Sequence record: OK335775.1
Direction: 5' to 3' (one strand)
DNA: 64,000 bases
From: Escherichia phage PSD2002
This document shows positions 13,496-24,075 of this stretch, piece after piece; position 1 is the stretch's first letter; each line of letters begins with the position of its first letter. Both the position numbers and the translations under genes were made by a program. Under the pieces are notes generated by a model, which made no database searches, was not told the DNA's origin, and saw nothing but the letters and a program-made list of their open reading frames with translations.

Positions 13496-14500
13496 TTAGA
13501 ATTCGAAGATAATGTTAATTTCTTCTGTTTGGTCCATGGAACGAATAACCGGAGGACGGTTTTCCATATAAATCATTTCACCGGAATGGCGGGAGAGGTC
13601 TATAACATCATAGTACTCTTTTTCGGCTTTAATGATCGGATCGGATGGGTGAGCTTTAGCTTCTAATGGATTAGAGATTATCGAAAGCTGTCTAAATCCT
13701 TTGTTACCAGGAAGACTAAATTCAGGGAAGTAAACTGAATCTAAGAATGCTTTAAAACGAATGGTATTGCCTTTAATACGATAAATCAATCCATAATCGT
13801 CTTGCTGCCAAGTAAGGTTATTCTCGTATCCCCAACGTTCTGGGTCTTCAGCAATTTCTTCCGGCCATGGAACCACAATATATTCATTAGTGCAACGGTT
13901 GATACTTACATCAGGTGGAATCTCATACAAATATTCCCAGAGATATCCATCACCTGTATCAACCATACCTTCCGTATCGCCTTGTCCTGCAGGGGCTTTA
14001 ACCGATTGTACGTTTGAAGTCCATTTACCACCAAGTTTAATACACTCAGTTTTATTATCAAGGGACAAAATAGAACATGTACCCGATTCAGGAATATCTA
14101 CACAACGATAAACCATCCACCCAGCGCCGACATCAGTACGGTTTTGCGGCTGGCTGTTCGCCACTACAATTTCACCAATCTGGAAAGTAAATGGGTTAGG
14201 ATAAGAGGTATCGCCCCAGTCTTTGCGCGGGACAACACAATCCAACATGCTCTTATAAACCTTAACACAACCCATCATGTTTGTCCAGACGTCTTCTACG
14301 CCCTCAGAATCATCTACAGGATATGGTGGTGCAAAACCCGGGTCATTTTCGTTATCGGCCCATGGTCGGGCCCTTCCGAAAGATACATACATGGTGTTCT
14401 GGTCTTCACCATCACCTATTGTTCTGTAAAAGTTGTACATTTTTTCCGTTCTAAATTTTGAAGTAACAATAGAACGATAAACTACTGTAGAATTAATCAT
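13496..14500 (-). CDS. 8: baseplate wedge protein gp8
   Basis: 334 aa, identical length to T4 gp8; synteny. Confidence 0.75.
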   Translation of the reverse strand: MINSTVVYRSIVTSKFRTEKMYNFYRTIGDGEDQNTMYVSFGRARPWADNENDPGFAPPYPVDDSEGVEDVWTNMMGCVKVYKSMLDCVVPRKDWGDTSYPNPFTFQIGEIVVANSQPQNRTDVGAGWMVYRCVDIPESGTCSILSLDNKTECIKLGGKWTSNVQSVKAPAGQGDTEGMVDTGDGYLWEYLYEIPPDVSINRCTNEYIVVPWPEEIAEDPERWGYENNLTWQQDDYGLIYRIKGNTIRFKAFLDSVYFPEFSLPGNKGFRQLSIISNPLEAKAHPSDPIIKAEKEYYDVIDLSRHSGEMIYMENRPPVIRSMDQTEEINIIFEF

Positions 14501-17500
14501 TAATTTTTACCTGAGTTGGAACTTTAGGGTCTCTAGGATTTCCAATACCGTCTTTAAGACGCTTATCAACCAGTGCACGCCAATTGGCAAAGGTCACCAC
14601 ACTTTGGTCAAACAATGGACTATGCTTTTTAATACGTTCGTGTGGTAATTGACCTTGGAATACAGAGAAATCATTTTCTGCATCATAATCGGCAGGAATA
14701 TCAAACGGTTCTCCTGCTTTAGGTCCTACGTTGTACGTTGGAGCACCTGTACGAGGGTCTCGTTCTATATTACCATCAAAACCTATTACAGCAACTCTAT
14801 CATACCATTCAGATGGCAAACCTGAGTCCCATTTATAGTTCTTAAGGATATTAATAATAGTTTCTGTATGTTTTAGCGTTAAACCTACGTTAACAAACAT
14901 AGAAAGCAAAGTTATACCTACAAAGCCGAAACCTACTGGATGAACAAATCTCAAAACATCGTTGCGGTAACGAGAGGTAGGGAGATTAGACTTAATAGTC
15001 ATAACATAATAAGAACGGTTACGGTTGATATAGTCGATATTGTTACTCAAAAGCTCTTTACCACGTACACCCCGAACAATCATACCCTTGAACGAAGTAC
15101 GTTCAGATTTAATTTCCTGACCGACTATAAAACGACCTAAAAGGTTATGAATGGTTAAACGCCATTGCAGTTTACCTTGTTTATAGTTACGTTCAATATA
15201 AGTAACATTACTACGTCCTGTAGGAGTATAAATGGTTTGGCCGACAATATCTTCACTGATATTATCAGATTCTACGATGATATCATATTCGATAGAGTTC
15301 TTGGACTCGATATCAATTTCGACATCTTCGTTGTAAAGCAATTTAAACAGGAATTTATATGAAGCTTCGGTACCTTTAGTAGACCAAAAATCGCTTTGGC
15401 GCGCCTGGAAAAAACGAACAACTTCATCGCGTTTTTCCTTCGACAAATAGATATTACGCTTATAGATTTCTGACCACAAATATTCCCATGAATCTTCTTC
15501 ACGTGGGTATTGGTTACGAATAAGATTCAACAAATTATTATAGTGTGTACCAGAACCATCACTAATAAATTGGAGATAGTATTCACAGAATTTTTCAAAG
15601 TTAGAATCTTGAAGCAAATAACTATCTGGAATCATTTTAACCAGTAAAGGCTGGAGGTCTGGGTCCTGCTCACCAACTTCCTCTTTAGGTTTCCATGGGA
15701 TTTCATGTTCTTGGTTTTGCAATTCTGCCGTAAACATAATTTCTTTAGGCTTCCAAATAACACGGACTTCATCACGCACGCGATAGTCAAATTCAAAATA
15801 TCCAACCAATTCGCCTGTAGATTTGTGAATCATCATTCCGGAAGAATATTTCTTAAAGCCATTAAACTCTATATTAGGAGATGTGACTTTACAAAAACCT
15901 TTATTCCAAATCTCATGAACAATACGTTCAGGTGAAGAACCACTGTTCAGGTCGATAATTTTCTGGTATAAAGCATCATTATAAACAACCATCGCATGGT
16001 CGCCAGTAGTAATCCATGAACGGGTTCCATCACGACGAGACCAACTAAAGAATGGTTCGGCATAATAAGCCATACGCCCAGGTTTAAATTCTTTGAAATC
16101 GGATTTAGAGTTAGACCTAAAACTCATCATCAAATAATGTTTATCGTGAATCCATTGTTCATCTTTAACATATTTAACGGCGGAGGTGACAATTTCAGGG
16201 TATTCCAAAGGAAGCTCAGAATCAACCTCTACTTCATATCTAAAGTTGCTTGAACTGAAAAATAATTCCTCTCCGTCGGTAGACATGCTGGTATATCCAT
16301 GCTCTATACGACGACGTTCTTCTTCTGTGTTTCCAAATACACGAGTCCATGTATCAGTTGAAGTGTCTAACCAATAAACACCTTTGGATTCAGAATCAAC
16401 CACATTGGATTCGACCGTAGGGTCCATTTTTTCTTCTTTAACTTCACCTGTAATTAAAGCAAATGTATGGCCTTGGATAGAATCTAATTTATAACAAACA
16501 GCTTTAGGGTTCCCTGTGATAGTCGAATATCCGCTTTCAAATATCTTCTCTCCATAAGTCGGAGAACTAGGGTCGGTGTCTATAGGGGCTTCAGATGTTT
16601 TTGCTTTATAAACTCTGTCTCTACCGGCAACATAAATGAATTCATCAGATGCGCACATGGCCTCGGCAATAGTAGAAATAGGTAAAGGAAGCTTTGCATA
16701 TGAACCGAATATCTCAATTTCAAATGGAAGGTCGATATCGCTACCTATTTTAGCAAAAGTTACATCTTGGGAACTAAATCTAACGTCATCAGCAGACCAA
16801 CGAATATCACTTGATTTACGTCCGTAAAATATTTGGTCATAACCTAGAACATAAGTGGTCGTGTCGGTTTGGTAGTGTACCGTACGTGAAACAGGGTTAC
16901 CTACTCGGTCATTAAACAAACGGATATAATGCCAGTTCTGCCCTTTATCATTAGAAACCTTAGCGGTACTTTGGAATCTTTCTAAAAGGTAAAGTACGCC
17001 ACCGAGTTCCATTAAAATAGAACGTTTAGGGTCTTTACAAACCGCTTGGATGCTTCCTTGGATTTCATGGAAACGGTCAGCTTTTAAAACATAATTTGAT
17101 ATAGATGACAAATGCGAATATGCAGGGGTAAAGTTAAAATCTTCACTCATCAAAGAAGCCATAATGGCGTCAGTATTAAAGTTCACATAATTCTGATTAT
17201 TTTTTGTGAATTTTTCTTCAATAAATTTATTAGACAAAGTGAATTCGCGCATATGCTCAAATGTATATGCGTTGGTAGAGAAAGTTTCAAATTCTTCAGT
17301 GTAAACCCATTCGGACTGCTCAAACCCCTGGGCGGCCACCGCAACTCGCATTTTATAAAATGAATTAGGAGAAATGAATGCCTCTTCAAACCATTCGTTA
17401 TTAGGGGTGTAACCTAAATTTCTCCAAAATAATCTATCGTCGGGAATTTCTACACCCGCATCCTTCGTTTGGGCCAGTTCTACGAAATAATAGAAGTTGG

Positions 17501-17588
17501 CGCCTACGTCATCCCAAAGAATGCTCACATGGTTAGCCGAGAGTTTATCAATTCTCAGACTAGTAACATAAGGCGCTTGTACAGACAT
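14493..17588 (-). CDS. 7: baseplate wedge initiator gp7
   Basis: 1031 aa (T4 gp7 1032 aa); synteny. Confidence 0.8.
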   Translation of the reverse strand: MSVQAPYVTSLRIDKLSANHVSILWDDVGANFYYFVELAQTKDAGVEIPDDRLFWRNLGYTPNNEWFEEAFISPNSFYKMRVAVAAQGFEQSEWVYTEEFETFSTNAYTFEHMREFTLSNKFIEEKFTKNNQNYVNFNTDAIMASLMSEDFNFTPAYSHLSSISNYVLKADRFHEIQGSIQAVCKDPKRSILMELGGVLYLLERFQSTAKVSNDKGQNWHYIRLFNDRVGNPVSRTVHYQTDTTTYVLGYDQIFYGRKSSDIRWSADDVRFSSQDVTFAKIGSDIDLPFEIEIFGSYAKLPLPISTIAEAMCASDEFIYVAGRDRVYKAKTSEAPIDTDPSSPTYGEKIFESGYSTITGNPKAVCYKLDSIQGHTFALITGEVKEEKMDPTVESNVVDSESKGVYWLDTSTDTWTRVFGNTEEERRRIEHGYTSMSTDGEELFFSSSNFRYEVEVDSELPLEYPEIVTSAVKYVKDEQWIHDKHYLMMSFRSNSKSDFKEFKPGRMAYYAEPFFSWSRRDGTRSWITTGDHAMVVYNDALYQKIIDLNSGSSPERIVHEIWNKGFCKVTSPNIEFNGFKKYSSGMMIHKSTGELVGYFEFDYRVRDEVRVIWKPKEIMFTAELQNQEHEIPWKPKEEVGEQDPDLQPLLVKMIPDSYLLQDSNFEKFCEYYLQFISDGSGTHYNNLLNLIRNQYPREEDSWEYLWSEIYKRNIYLSKEKRDEVVRFFQARQSDFWSTKGTEASYKFLFKLLYNEDVEIDIESKNSIEYDIIVESDNISEDIVGQTIYTPTGRSNVTYIERNYKQGKLQWRLTIHNLLGRFIVGQEIKSERTSFKGMIVRGVRGKELLSNNIDYINRNRSYYVMTIKSNLPTSRYRNDVLRFVHPVGFGFVGITLLSMFVNVGLTLKHTETIINILKNYKWDSGLPSEWYDRVAVIGFDGNIERDPRTGAPTYNVGPKAGEPFDIPADYDAENDFSVFQGQLPHERIKKHSPLFDQSVVTFANWRALVDKRLKDGIGNPRDPKVPTQVKIND

Positions 17589-17615
17589 TAAATCTCCTTA
17601 AACCTCCGAAGAGGC

Positions 17616-19574
17616 TTATATTGTAATTGGTTCCAACTCTATAGTTGTGTACTGAGGACGAAGGTCATCTTCAAATACGATTAAAGAACCGTCTTTGGTA
17701 AAGATGTTGTCTTGGTCTGGCCCTGCATAAAGTTCAATAGACTGGACTTCAAAACGATCGGAAGTAAGGCCTATTGCGGCGATATCCCAGAAAATAAAGT
17801 CCGAGTAATAATCAATTTCGCCAATAACATAGTAGACCGATTGGTCTGCAGGCGCTGCCATTTTATCAAAGTCATCTCCGGTGTAAGGTTGGATGTATTG
17901 GTTTTCAATTACATCGCCAGGTCGGAAAGGACCTATAACCATTTTACCATCGCCTCGTTCGTCTTTATCTGTGGCAACAATACGTACGTTGTAAGATTTA
18001 ACAACATCAGATACGTTTGTTGGGACGAACTCAAATTCACTAGAAGTTACAGAACGGTTGGTGTATTGATTATAGTATTTAATACCCGCTTCAGGTGTTT
18101 TGAAGAAGTTTAATACCTCGCGAACCATTGTTACCGTAGCCGAAGAGCCAAGGATACTGTGGTCTGCATTATCAATATAAGTCAGCATTTTAGACTTGGC
18201 AAATCCGTGGTTGAATATTTCAACTTCGTTAATATAATAACGGTCTATTTGGGAAAGGATTTGGGCCGTTAACCATTGTTCGGATTCCTGTAATTTGTTC
18301 AGTGCATATGAAACCTTAATTTTATGCTTCAAGAACAAGTAGTCAGGAGAAATAACCGAAGGGGTAATAGGTGCCAAGTTAAATTCTGAAAGATAATTTT
18401 GGATATCTTCGCGTTGAACCGCAGTCAAATACAATCCTGATTTAGGTTTAATGGTAACAAAGGCATAACCTGGTTTATTTGGGTCTGTAAAGGTTTGTAC
18501 TGCTTGTACAATAGAACCAAATCGCTCCGAAACGAATGTATCATAATCTGTACCGGTTACAGCACGCATCTGGGCTTCACGTTTAACTACAGCAAGTTCA
18601 CGAATACGTTCAATATCTTCAGGGTCACCACCACCGTCAGCACCTACATAATCCGGGTTTTCATCGTAGTTTTCTGTAATTTTTTCAACCGTAATATATG
18701 CCAAAGAATCCGCATAACTAAAGTCCACTGCCCCGTTAGCAACTTCACCATCTGTACGAAGGTATTCTATAACAATGGTAGCATCTTTAACAGGTTTTAA
18801 ACCACCAATATAATTAGCTTCTAATACCCCACCTGCAACTGATTTTTCAGCAACACCTTCACCAAAGAAGAATTCAGTATTACCATCTACGGTTTCACGC
18901 ATATAGTAAATTGTTGATGTACTACCAGCATGAACCATGGATTTATTAGTCCAGTTAGTCCATTCTGCGCCATCGACATAAAGTTTAACTTCCTGTCTAT
19001 CAATATCCGGGTCACGAATAAGAATAGGAGTTTTAGGGTCATACTTAAGTTCAGTACGGATAATACGACCTTGTGCTAAAGATACGATAGGAAGATATTG
19101 GTTATTAACATCACGTACGGCAATAACGTTTTCCGTGGTAACAAAAGAATACGGGTCTGCTGAAGTATCACGGGCATAGGCCAAGAATTTAGTACCACGT
19201 GGGATACGAATATTCTTTTCATTCAGGGCTTGGGTACAGGTCAACATGATACTTGTTTTGGCTGCTGATTTAGAACTTGGCAAATAGCCGTTATCCTGTG
19301 CAGCCTGGACGACGGAGGAACGCAAGTTAGCAGTACCGATGAAAGATTCATATACCGCGGTATTAGCAAACTGCTGCATATACAGGGTGTTGTAAGCTAA
19401 CATGTCAATCAGGATATTCATTCGCGAACCAACGAAATCGTAATCCTTAAATTCGTCCTGGCTAGAAAGCCAATCGATAATATTCTTTTTAATCTCTTCA
19501 AACGTAGCTCCCACAAATACTTTTGGGATAGCGTTAACGGTTCTTGTTAATTGGTAATTCGTAGGAGTAGCCAT
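17616..19574 (-). CDS. 6: baseplate wedge protein gp6
   Basis: 652 aa (T4 gp6 660 aa); synteny. Confidence 0.75.
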   Translation of the reverse strand: MATPTNYQLTRTVNAIPKVFVGATFEEIKKNIIDWLSSQDEFKDYDFVGSRMNILIDMLAYNTLYMQQFANTAVYESFIGTANLRSSVVQAAQDNGYLPSSKSAAKTSIMLTCTQALNEKNIRIPRGTKFLAYARDTSADPYSFVTTENVIAVRDVNNQYLPIVSLAQGRIIRTELKYDPKTPILIRDPDIDRQEVKLYVDGAEWTNWTNKSMVHAGSTSTIYYMRETVDGNTEFFFGEGVAEKSVAGGVLEANYIGGLKPVKDATIVIEYLRTDGEVANGAVDFSYADSLAYITVEKITENYDENPDYVGADGGGDPEDIERIRELAVVKREAQMRAVTGTDYDTFVSERFGSIVQAVQTFTDPNKPGYAFVTIKPKSGLYLTAVQREDIQNYLSEFNLAPITPSVISPDYLFLKHKIKVSYALNKLQESEQWLTAQILSQIDRYYINEVEIFNHGFAKSKMLTYIDNADHSILGSSATVTMVREVLNFFKTPEAGIKYYNQYTNRSVTSSEFEFVPTNVSDVVKSYNVRIVATDKDERGDGKMVIGPFRPGDVIENQYIQPYTGDDFDKMAAPADQSVYYVIGEIDYYSDFIFWDIAAIGLTSDRFEVQSIELYAGPDQDNIFTKDGSLIVFEDDLRPQYTTIELEPITI

Positions 19575-19575
19575 T

Positions 19576-21663
19576 TTAATTCCTAGTAGGAGATTCTAAA
19601 CAAGGTATGCAAATGGAAAGGGATGGAAATGCAATCGTTAAACCGAATATTCCCAGCATCTTATTAATCCATTGTACCACCTTACTTAAGGATAATGTTG
19701 ATATTTGGTTATACATTGATTTGCACAAGTCTTTCATTGACCTGGAACCATCAGTAAATTCGTGATATAAAGATTTTGCTTTAGTTACTGAGTTCTCGTA
19801 TATAACCATGATATCATCTACAGTAGCTCCGAGCATACCGAGAAGTTCTTCCATTTGAGCCACAATAGGAAGTTTTTTGAATTCTTCTAAAGCCATATCT
19901 AATACATCAGAAACGGAGGTTTGACTTTCGGTAATAGAGTTCTTAATCTGATTATATTTATTCTTTAAAAGTTCGAGTGCAGCTTCAGCTTGTGCTAATG
20001 CGGCTTCCTTCTGAGCAGTTAGCTCGTCTGTAACTTTTTCGTACATTCCTGAAAGATATTGTTTAAATTCAATAGCTTGTTTTTGTACTTCTTGCTTTTT
20101 GAGCTTAATCTCATTCCACAGATTGAGTGCCTGGGTTTTAAGAGCCTCAATCATTGCATAAGCTTCGTCTATTTTCTGGTCTACCTTTTCCATAACCATT
20201 TGATAAACATCTGATGCTGTGAATCCTGGAAAGTTACCGCTCATTATCATGTCCAGTGGTTTAACTTGCTTCATCATTTCCTTGACCGCAGTAATAACGC
20301 TCCAAACTGGGTTCGGAACTATAGGAGGCATACTCCATATTTGAGCGAGGTCTACACACAGTTTTGATAATGCAACACCAGCCATAAGCAATTGAGACCA
20401 GGCCCAGTCATACAAGTCTGTAATTGCATCAATAAGGTCACGCGAATACATCTTGACGCGTTCAACCGAATAATCGTATGCAGACCCAATGGCAGAATAA
20501 ATCGATTGGATGGTTTCTTCTAAATTAAAGTTTTTCCATGCTTCTTTTAATTTCTGTACACCATCACCTGAAGTGCAGAGGTCTTCTAGGTCAATAGTCA
20601 TGCCCATAATAGTAATCGAGGGTAAAAAGCTTTTAAGTAAGTCCCACCCACCGCCAACAATATCCAAGACCTGTGATATGGCATCTTTAAATGCAAGAAA
20701 AGCCATTTGCTGAACATATTGACACATAGCAACAGCTGAGTTGCCTAGCTCTTCCATTGCGACCGATAGCTTACTATAACCAGAATCGAAGAATTTTTCC
20801 CAATCGGTTCCACCAGATGATGGCCATCCAGGGAGCATATCCCAATATAATTTGAATGAATTCCTAGATGTATTCCATGAAGCCATAATCGCATTGGTCA
20901 ATCCGTTGTAAGGGAATTCCGCTGTAAAAGGAACACAGCTTATTGCCCTGGCTCGCCCGGTTATTTCTGGCGGTAAAGACCCGATGGATACCGGTCCCGG
21001 AATCGGAGTTCCTGGGATACTCATATCAACATCTAGATTTAATACCAGTCCAACATAAGTACAAGGTTTTGTCTCATAGTACTTCAAATAAGCCCTGCGG
21101 GAGTCACCAAGGCCGTTAAAGTTGACATACATATGATAATCAGCCGTAACTGCAATCATCGTCCTGGGGTCCATTCTGGGGCCTTGTGATGTCCATACAC
21201 CGCCACAGTTTTCGATGCGATACATATCATATTCAATAGATGTTTTATACAATACAGATTTTGATAAATCAGCGCCGTACCAATCATTACCGGGCAAAAG
21301 AGTTGCACCAATCGATTCTACATAATTTTCTAAATCCAATTGCGTAATAAAGAATATTCCGAGTTTAGCACACCAGATACCTTGACTTGTTCCATCTTCC
21401 GGTGGGGGAGGTGCAGGAAAAGTTTCGGACTTATTACCAAATGGATTTTGTGTGTATAAATGTGTAGCTAGTGGAATAATCTCGGTATCCCATTCAACGC
21501 CATTCCCAGGTTGAATAAAAGCACCTGTTGGGTTATATAATTCCCATTTAACCCGGCGATATTCACCGGGTCCTACTGCGTCATCACAGGGACTTGTTAC
21601 AGTCCCTACCACTTCATCAACTTTATCGTAGTAATTCATATTAACCGACCTGTACGTTGCCAC
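19576..21663 (-). CDS. unrecognised 695-aa protein in the baseplate operon (Cys-containing N-terminal domain, long coiled coil, C-terminal hydrophobic segment)
   Basis: Long ORF; start overlaps gene 5 end by 23 nt and stop abuts gene 6; no match to any T4 core protein I can recall; occupies the slot of T4 5.1-5.4. Confidence 0.6.
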   Translation of the reverse strand: MATYRSVNMNYYDKVDEVVGTVTSPCDDAVGPGEYRRVKWELYNPTGAFIQPGNGVEWDTEIIPLATHLYTQNPFGNKSETFPAPPPPEDGTSQGIWCAKLGIFFITQLDLENYVESIGATLLPGNDWYGADLSKSVLYKTSIEYDMYRIENCGGVWTSQGPRMDPRTMIAVTADYHMYVNFNGLGDSRRAYLKYYETKPCTYVGLVLNLDVDMSIPGTPIPGPVSIGSLPPEITGRARAISCVPFTAEFPYNGLTNAIMASWNTSRNSFKLYWDMLPGWPSSGGTDWEKFFDSGYSKLSVAMEELGNSAVAMCQYVQQMAFLAFKDAISQVLDIVGGGWDLLKSFLPSITIMGMTIDLEDLCTSGDGVQKLKEAWKNFNLEETIQSIYSAIGSAYDYSVERVKMYSRDLIDAITDLYDWAWSQLLMAGVALSKLCVDLAQIWSMPPIVPNPVWSVITAVKEMMKQVKPLDMIMSGNFPGFTASDVYQMVMEKVDQKIDEAYAMIEALKTQALNLWNEIKLKKQEVQKQAIEFKQYLSGMYEKVTDELTAQKEAALAQAEAALELLKNKYNQIKNSITESQTSVSDVLDMALEEFKKLPIVAQMEELLGMLGATVDDIMVIYENSVTKAKSLYHEFTDGSRSMKDLCKSMYNQISTLSLSKVVQWINKMLGIFGLTIAFPSLSICIPCLESPTRN

Positions 21664-23428
21664 CAGATACTTTAGCTAATGAACCGCCATCCATATGCAC
21701 AGTATTTGATGCGTTTAAATTAATGTTCGTCGCTGCAAAATTTAAATCTTGTTCGACATTTACATCCATATTTTGAGCATTGATTGTGGCCTTTTGTTTA
21801 ACGCTTATATCTGCATTCTGGTTGACATTAACTGTTGTATCTTTTTCAACCGTAATATATGCTTCTTGTTCAACAGTTATATCAGCAGTACCCATAATAA
21901 CTATTTTAACATTTCCTTTAACAAGCAGAGTTCCATTACCTTCTACAGTTTTGGTTTCATTCCCTCGAATATGAATGCTTTCAGACCCATCAGTTTGACG
22001 GCGCACGTTTGCCATATTATAATAGGTTTCATCGCCACCAACGTTGACTTTATTATTACCACCAACATAAGTATTTGAATCGCCTTGGGTCATATAATAA
22101 CCATCGGCTACCGTCTTAGAAGTTTTACGTCCATCAGGAGCAACTTCTTCATAACTACCGGTAGGATGGATTAAACGGTATCGTTCTTGCCCTGGGGTAT
22201 TATCGAATTCTTGGATATGCCCGCCTTCAGTTTGCATGGTTTGGACATATGGATATTCGCCTTTATAACTAGAATCAGGTTCTTTAAAAAGAATCCTTGT
22301 GTCTTCTGGAGTCCACGGGTCGGCAGGGTCTGAATTTGTAGGGGCCACAAAGGTTTGAATCATTCTATACGAACGGCCATTAAATGACCTTTCTTTAGGG
22401 GCCATAATACCATATGATTCCATGTTACCTGTGAGGATAATCATTGACACCCTTGATGCGCGACCTTTAGTTTGGTTAAACCATACCGAATTACGGGCTT
22501 CTTCAAATGCCTTTTTATAATCGCCTATTAACATTGCACTAAGCATTCCACGGAATTTAGCAAGCCCACCTAATCCCATTTGGAAAGCCATGTTTTCAAG
22601 AGCCATTTGTCTCGAACGGTTTTCTTTATTATAAACAGGACCTACAACACTATGCAGGCCTATATCATTTTGGACTTTTTTAAGGTCGTCTTGGAATAAT
22701 TTAGAAACCTCGTCCATTGATATTGCACCAGGGTTACCTTTAACTTCTCGTCCTACCTGATTAGATAATATTTTGTTTATTTGATTCATATCTCTAATAG
22801 GTTGTGGCGTAATAAGGTGACCTATACCTATAGTAGGATAACCTTCGGTATCCCAATATACCTTCAGTCTAAGCCCTTCATCACGATGAAGCATGTTTTC
22901 TATTGTGAAATTAGGATTATCATCAGGCTTGACTTGGCTCAAATCCAAACCGTCTGGGTTAATACCTACATCGGTGTTTGCATCTTGTATTACGTTGGAA
23001 GTGGCATCATATCCAACTTCACCACCTCGGTTTAAAGCCGCGGCATCATTACCTAAATAAAGTGGGTATTGACCTGTCGGGTCGCTAAAACCTTCATTAG
23101 GATTAGCCTTTTGTCTTGAAGCGGAACCGTATGTACCAAGGACCAGTCCGTTTAATTTCCACTTATCAAGAAAATGCCCATAAACCTGTGTACCAGGAAC
23201 CATACCGGTCATGGCGGTTTGAATACCTGAAACAGAGGCTGAAGATGTAGGCATTAATACCGACATCCATGGTAAATCTTCTGTACGAAGGCCTTTTACT
23301 GGACCTTGCACTTTTTCGTATGGATGCATGCCCCATACGCGCACGCGTACTCGGCCTTGTTGGAGTGGGTCCATTCGGTCTTCAACTACGCCGACGAACC
23401 AACTGACATTATCAGACATGTTAATCAT
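21641..23428 (-). CDS. 5: baseplate hub / tail lysozyme gp5
   Basis: 595 aa; N-terminal NVSWFVGVVEDRMDPLQQGRVRVRVWGMHP and lysozyme segment YWDTEGYPTIGIGHLI match recalled T4 gp5. Confidence 0.9.
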   Translation of the reverse strand: MINMSDNVSWFVGVVEDRMDPLQQGRVRVRVWGMHPYEKVQGPVKGLRTEDLPWMSVLMPTSSASVSGIQTAMTGMVPGTQVYGHFLDKWKLNGLVLGTYGSASRQKANPNEGFSDPTGQYPLYLGNDAAALNRGGEVGYDATSNVIQDANTDVGINPDGLDLSQVKPDDNPNFTIENMLHRDEGLRLKVYWDTEGYPTIGIGHLITPQPIRDMNQINKILSNQVGREVKGNPGAISMDEVSKLFQDDLKKVQNDIGLHSVVGPVYNKENRSRQMALENMAFQMGLGGLAKFRGMLSAMLIGDYKKAFEEARNSVWFNQTKGRASRVSMIILTGNMESYGIMAPKERSFNGRSYRMIQTFVAPTNSDPADPWTPEDTRILFKEPDSSYKGEYPYVQTMQTEGGHIQEFDNTPGQERYRLIHPTGSYEEVAPDGRKTSKTVADGYYMTQGDSNTYVGGNNKVNVGGDETYYNMANVRRQTDGSESIHIRGNETKTVEGNGTLLVKGNVKIVIMGTADITVEQEAYITVEKDTTVNVNQNADISVKQKATINAQNMDVNVEQDLNFAATNINLNASNTVHMDGGSLAKVSGGNVQVG

Positions 23429-24030
23429 TAGAGGGCTTTCTCCATTTCTCTAATTAAAGCGGAAACAAAGGACTCGATGTCATTAGGGTCTATAATCTTT
23501 ATTTCGCGCTTATATTCATTTTTACGAATGGCGTCCTCGTAAATATCTACTGCAGCCAAAGGACCTTCATATTGAGGATAACGTTTTTCTGTATCACCTT
23601 TATCGTACCAAGTATAAGGATTTTCCGGAGTATTTACTAGATTCCAGAATTTCTCACCCTTTTCATTGACATGATAAAGGACTTGGTTTCCGCCTGCAGT
23701 AGCATAACGTTGAATAGCTGCTTGATACGCAGATTCTTGGCCTGTAATCCAGCCGTAATAAGGGTCATATACGTTATTACACATCAATAAAACCCAATAT
23801 AATTGCACGTTACCATAAAGTTGATGGGCTAATTCTTCTGGACGAGGGGCCCCACTGATATAATATGTTTTAAGTGTATAATTTTTAGCCACTTTATCAA
23901 AATATTCTTTATAGTTTCTAAATATATCAGTCATCGGTACGCTCAGTACATCGGCATCAGTTAATGAGCCGGAATCTGGCTTGACTGTTTTTGATTCGTA
24001 ATTTATAGGATCGAAAAATGAGAAGAGCAT
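23428..24030 (-). CDS. 53: baseplate wedge protein gp53
   Basis: 200 aa (T4 gp53 196 aa); immediately upstream of gene 5; SD GGAGG. Confidence 0.75.
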   Translation of the reverse strand: MLFSFFDPINYESKTVKPDSGSLTDADVLSVPMTDIFRNYKEYFDKVAKNYTLKTYYISGAPRPEELAHQLYGNVQLYWVLLMCNNVYDPYYGWITGQESAYQAAIQRYATAGGNQVLYHVNEKGEKFWNLVNTPENPYTWYDKGDTEKRYPQYEGPLAAVDIYEDAIRKNEYKREIKIIDPNDIESFVSALIREMEKAL

Positions 24031-24075
24031 AGTGCCTCCGAGTATAAATAATATTAATATTTATAAGGAGGCACT
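24031..24075. promoter_or_regulatory. palindromic divergent late-promoter region (TATAAATA on both strands) with mirrored GGAGGCACT-ATG ribosome sites for genes 53 and 4
   Basis: AGTGCCTCC GAGTATAAATAATATTAATATTTATAA GGAGGCACT: 9-bp perfect inverted flanks, plus-strand TATAAATA 24043-24050, minus-strand TATAAATA 24058-24065. Confidence 0.7.
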
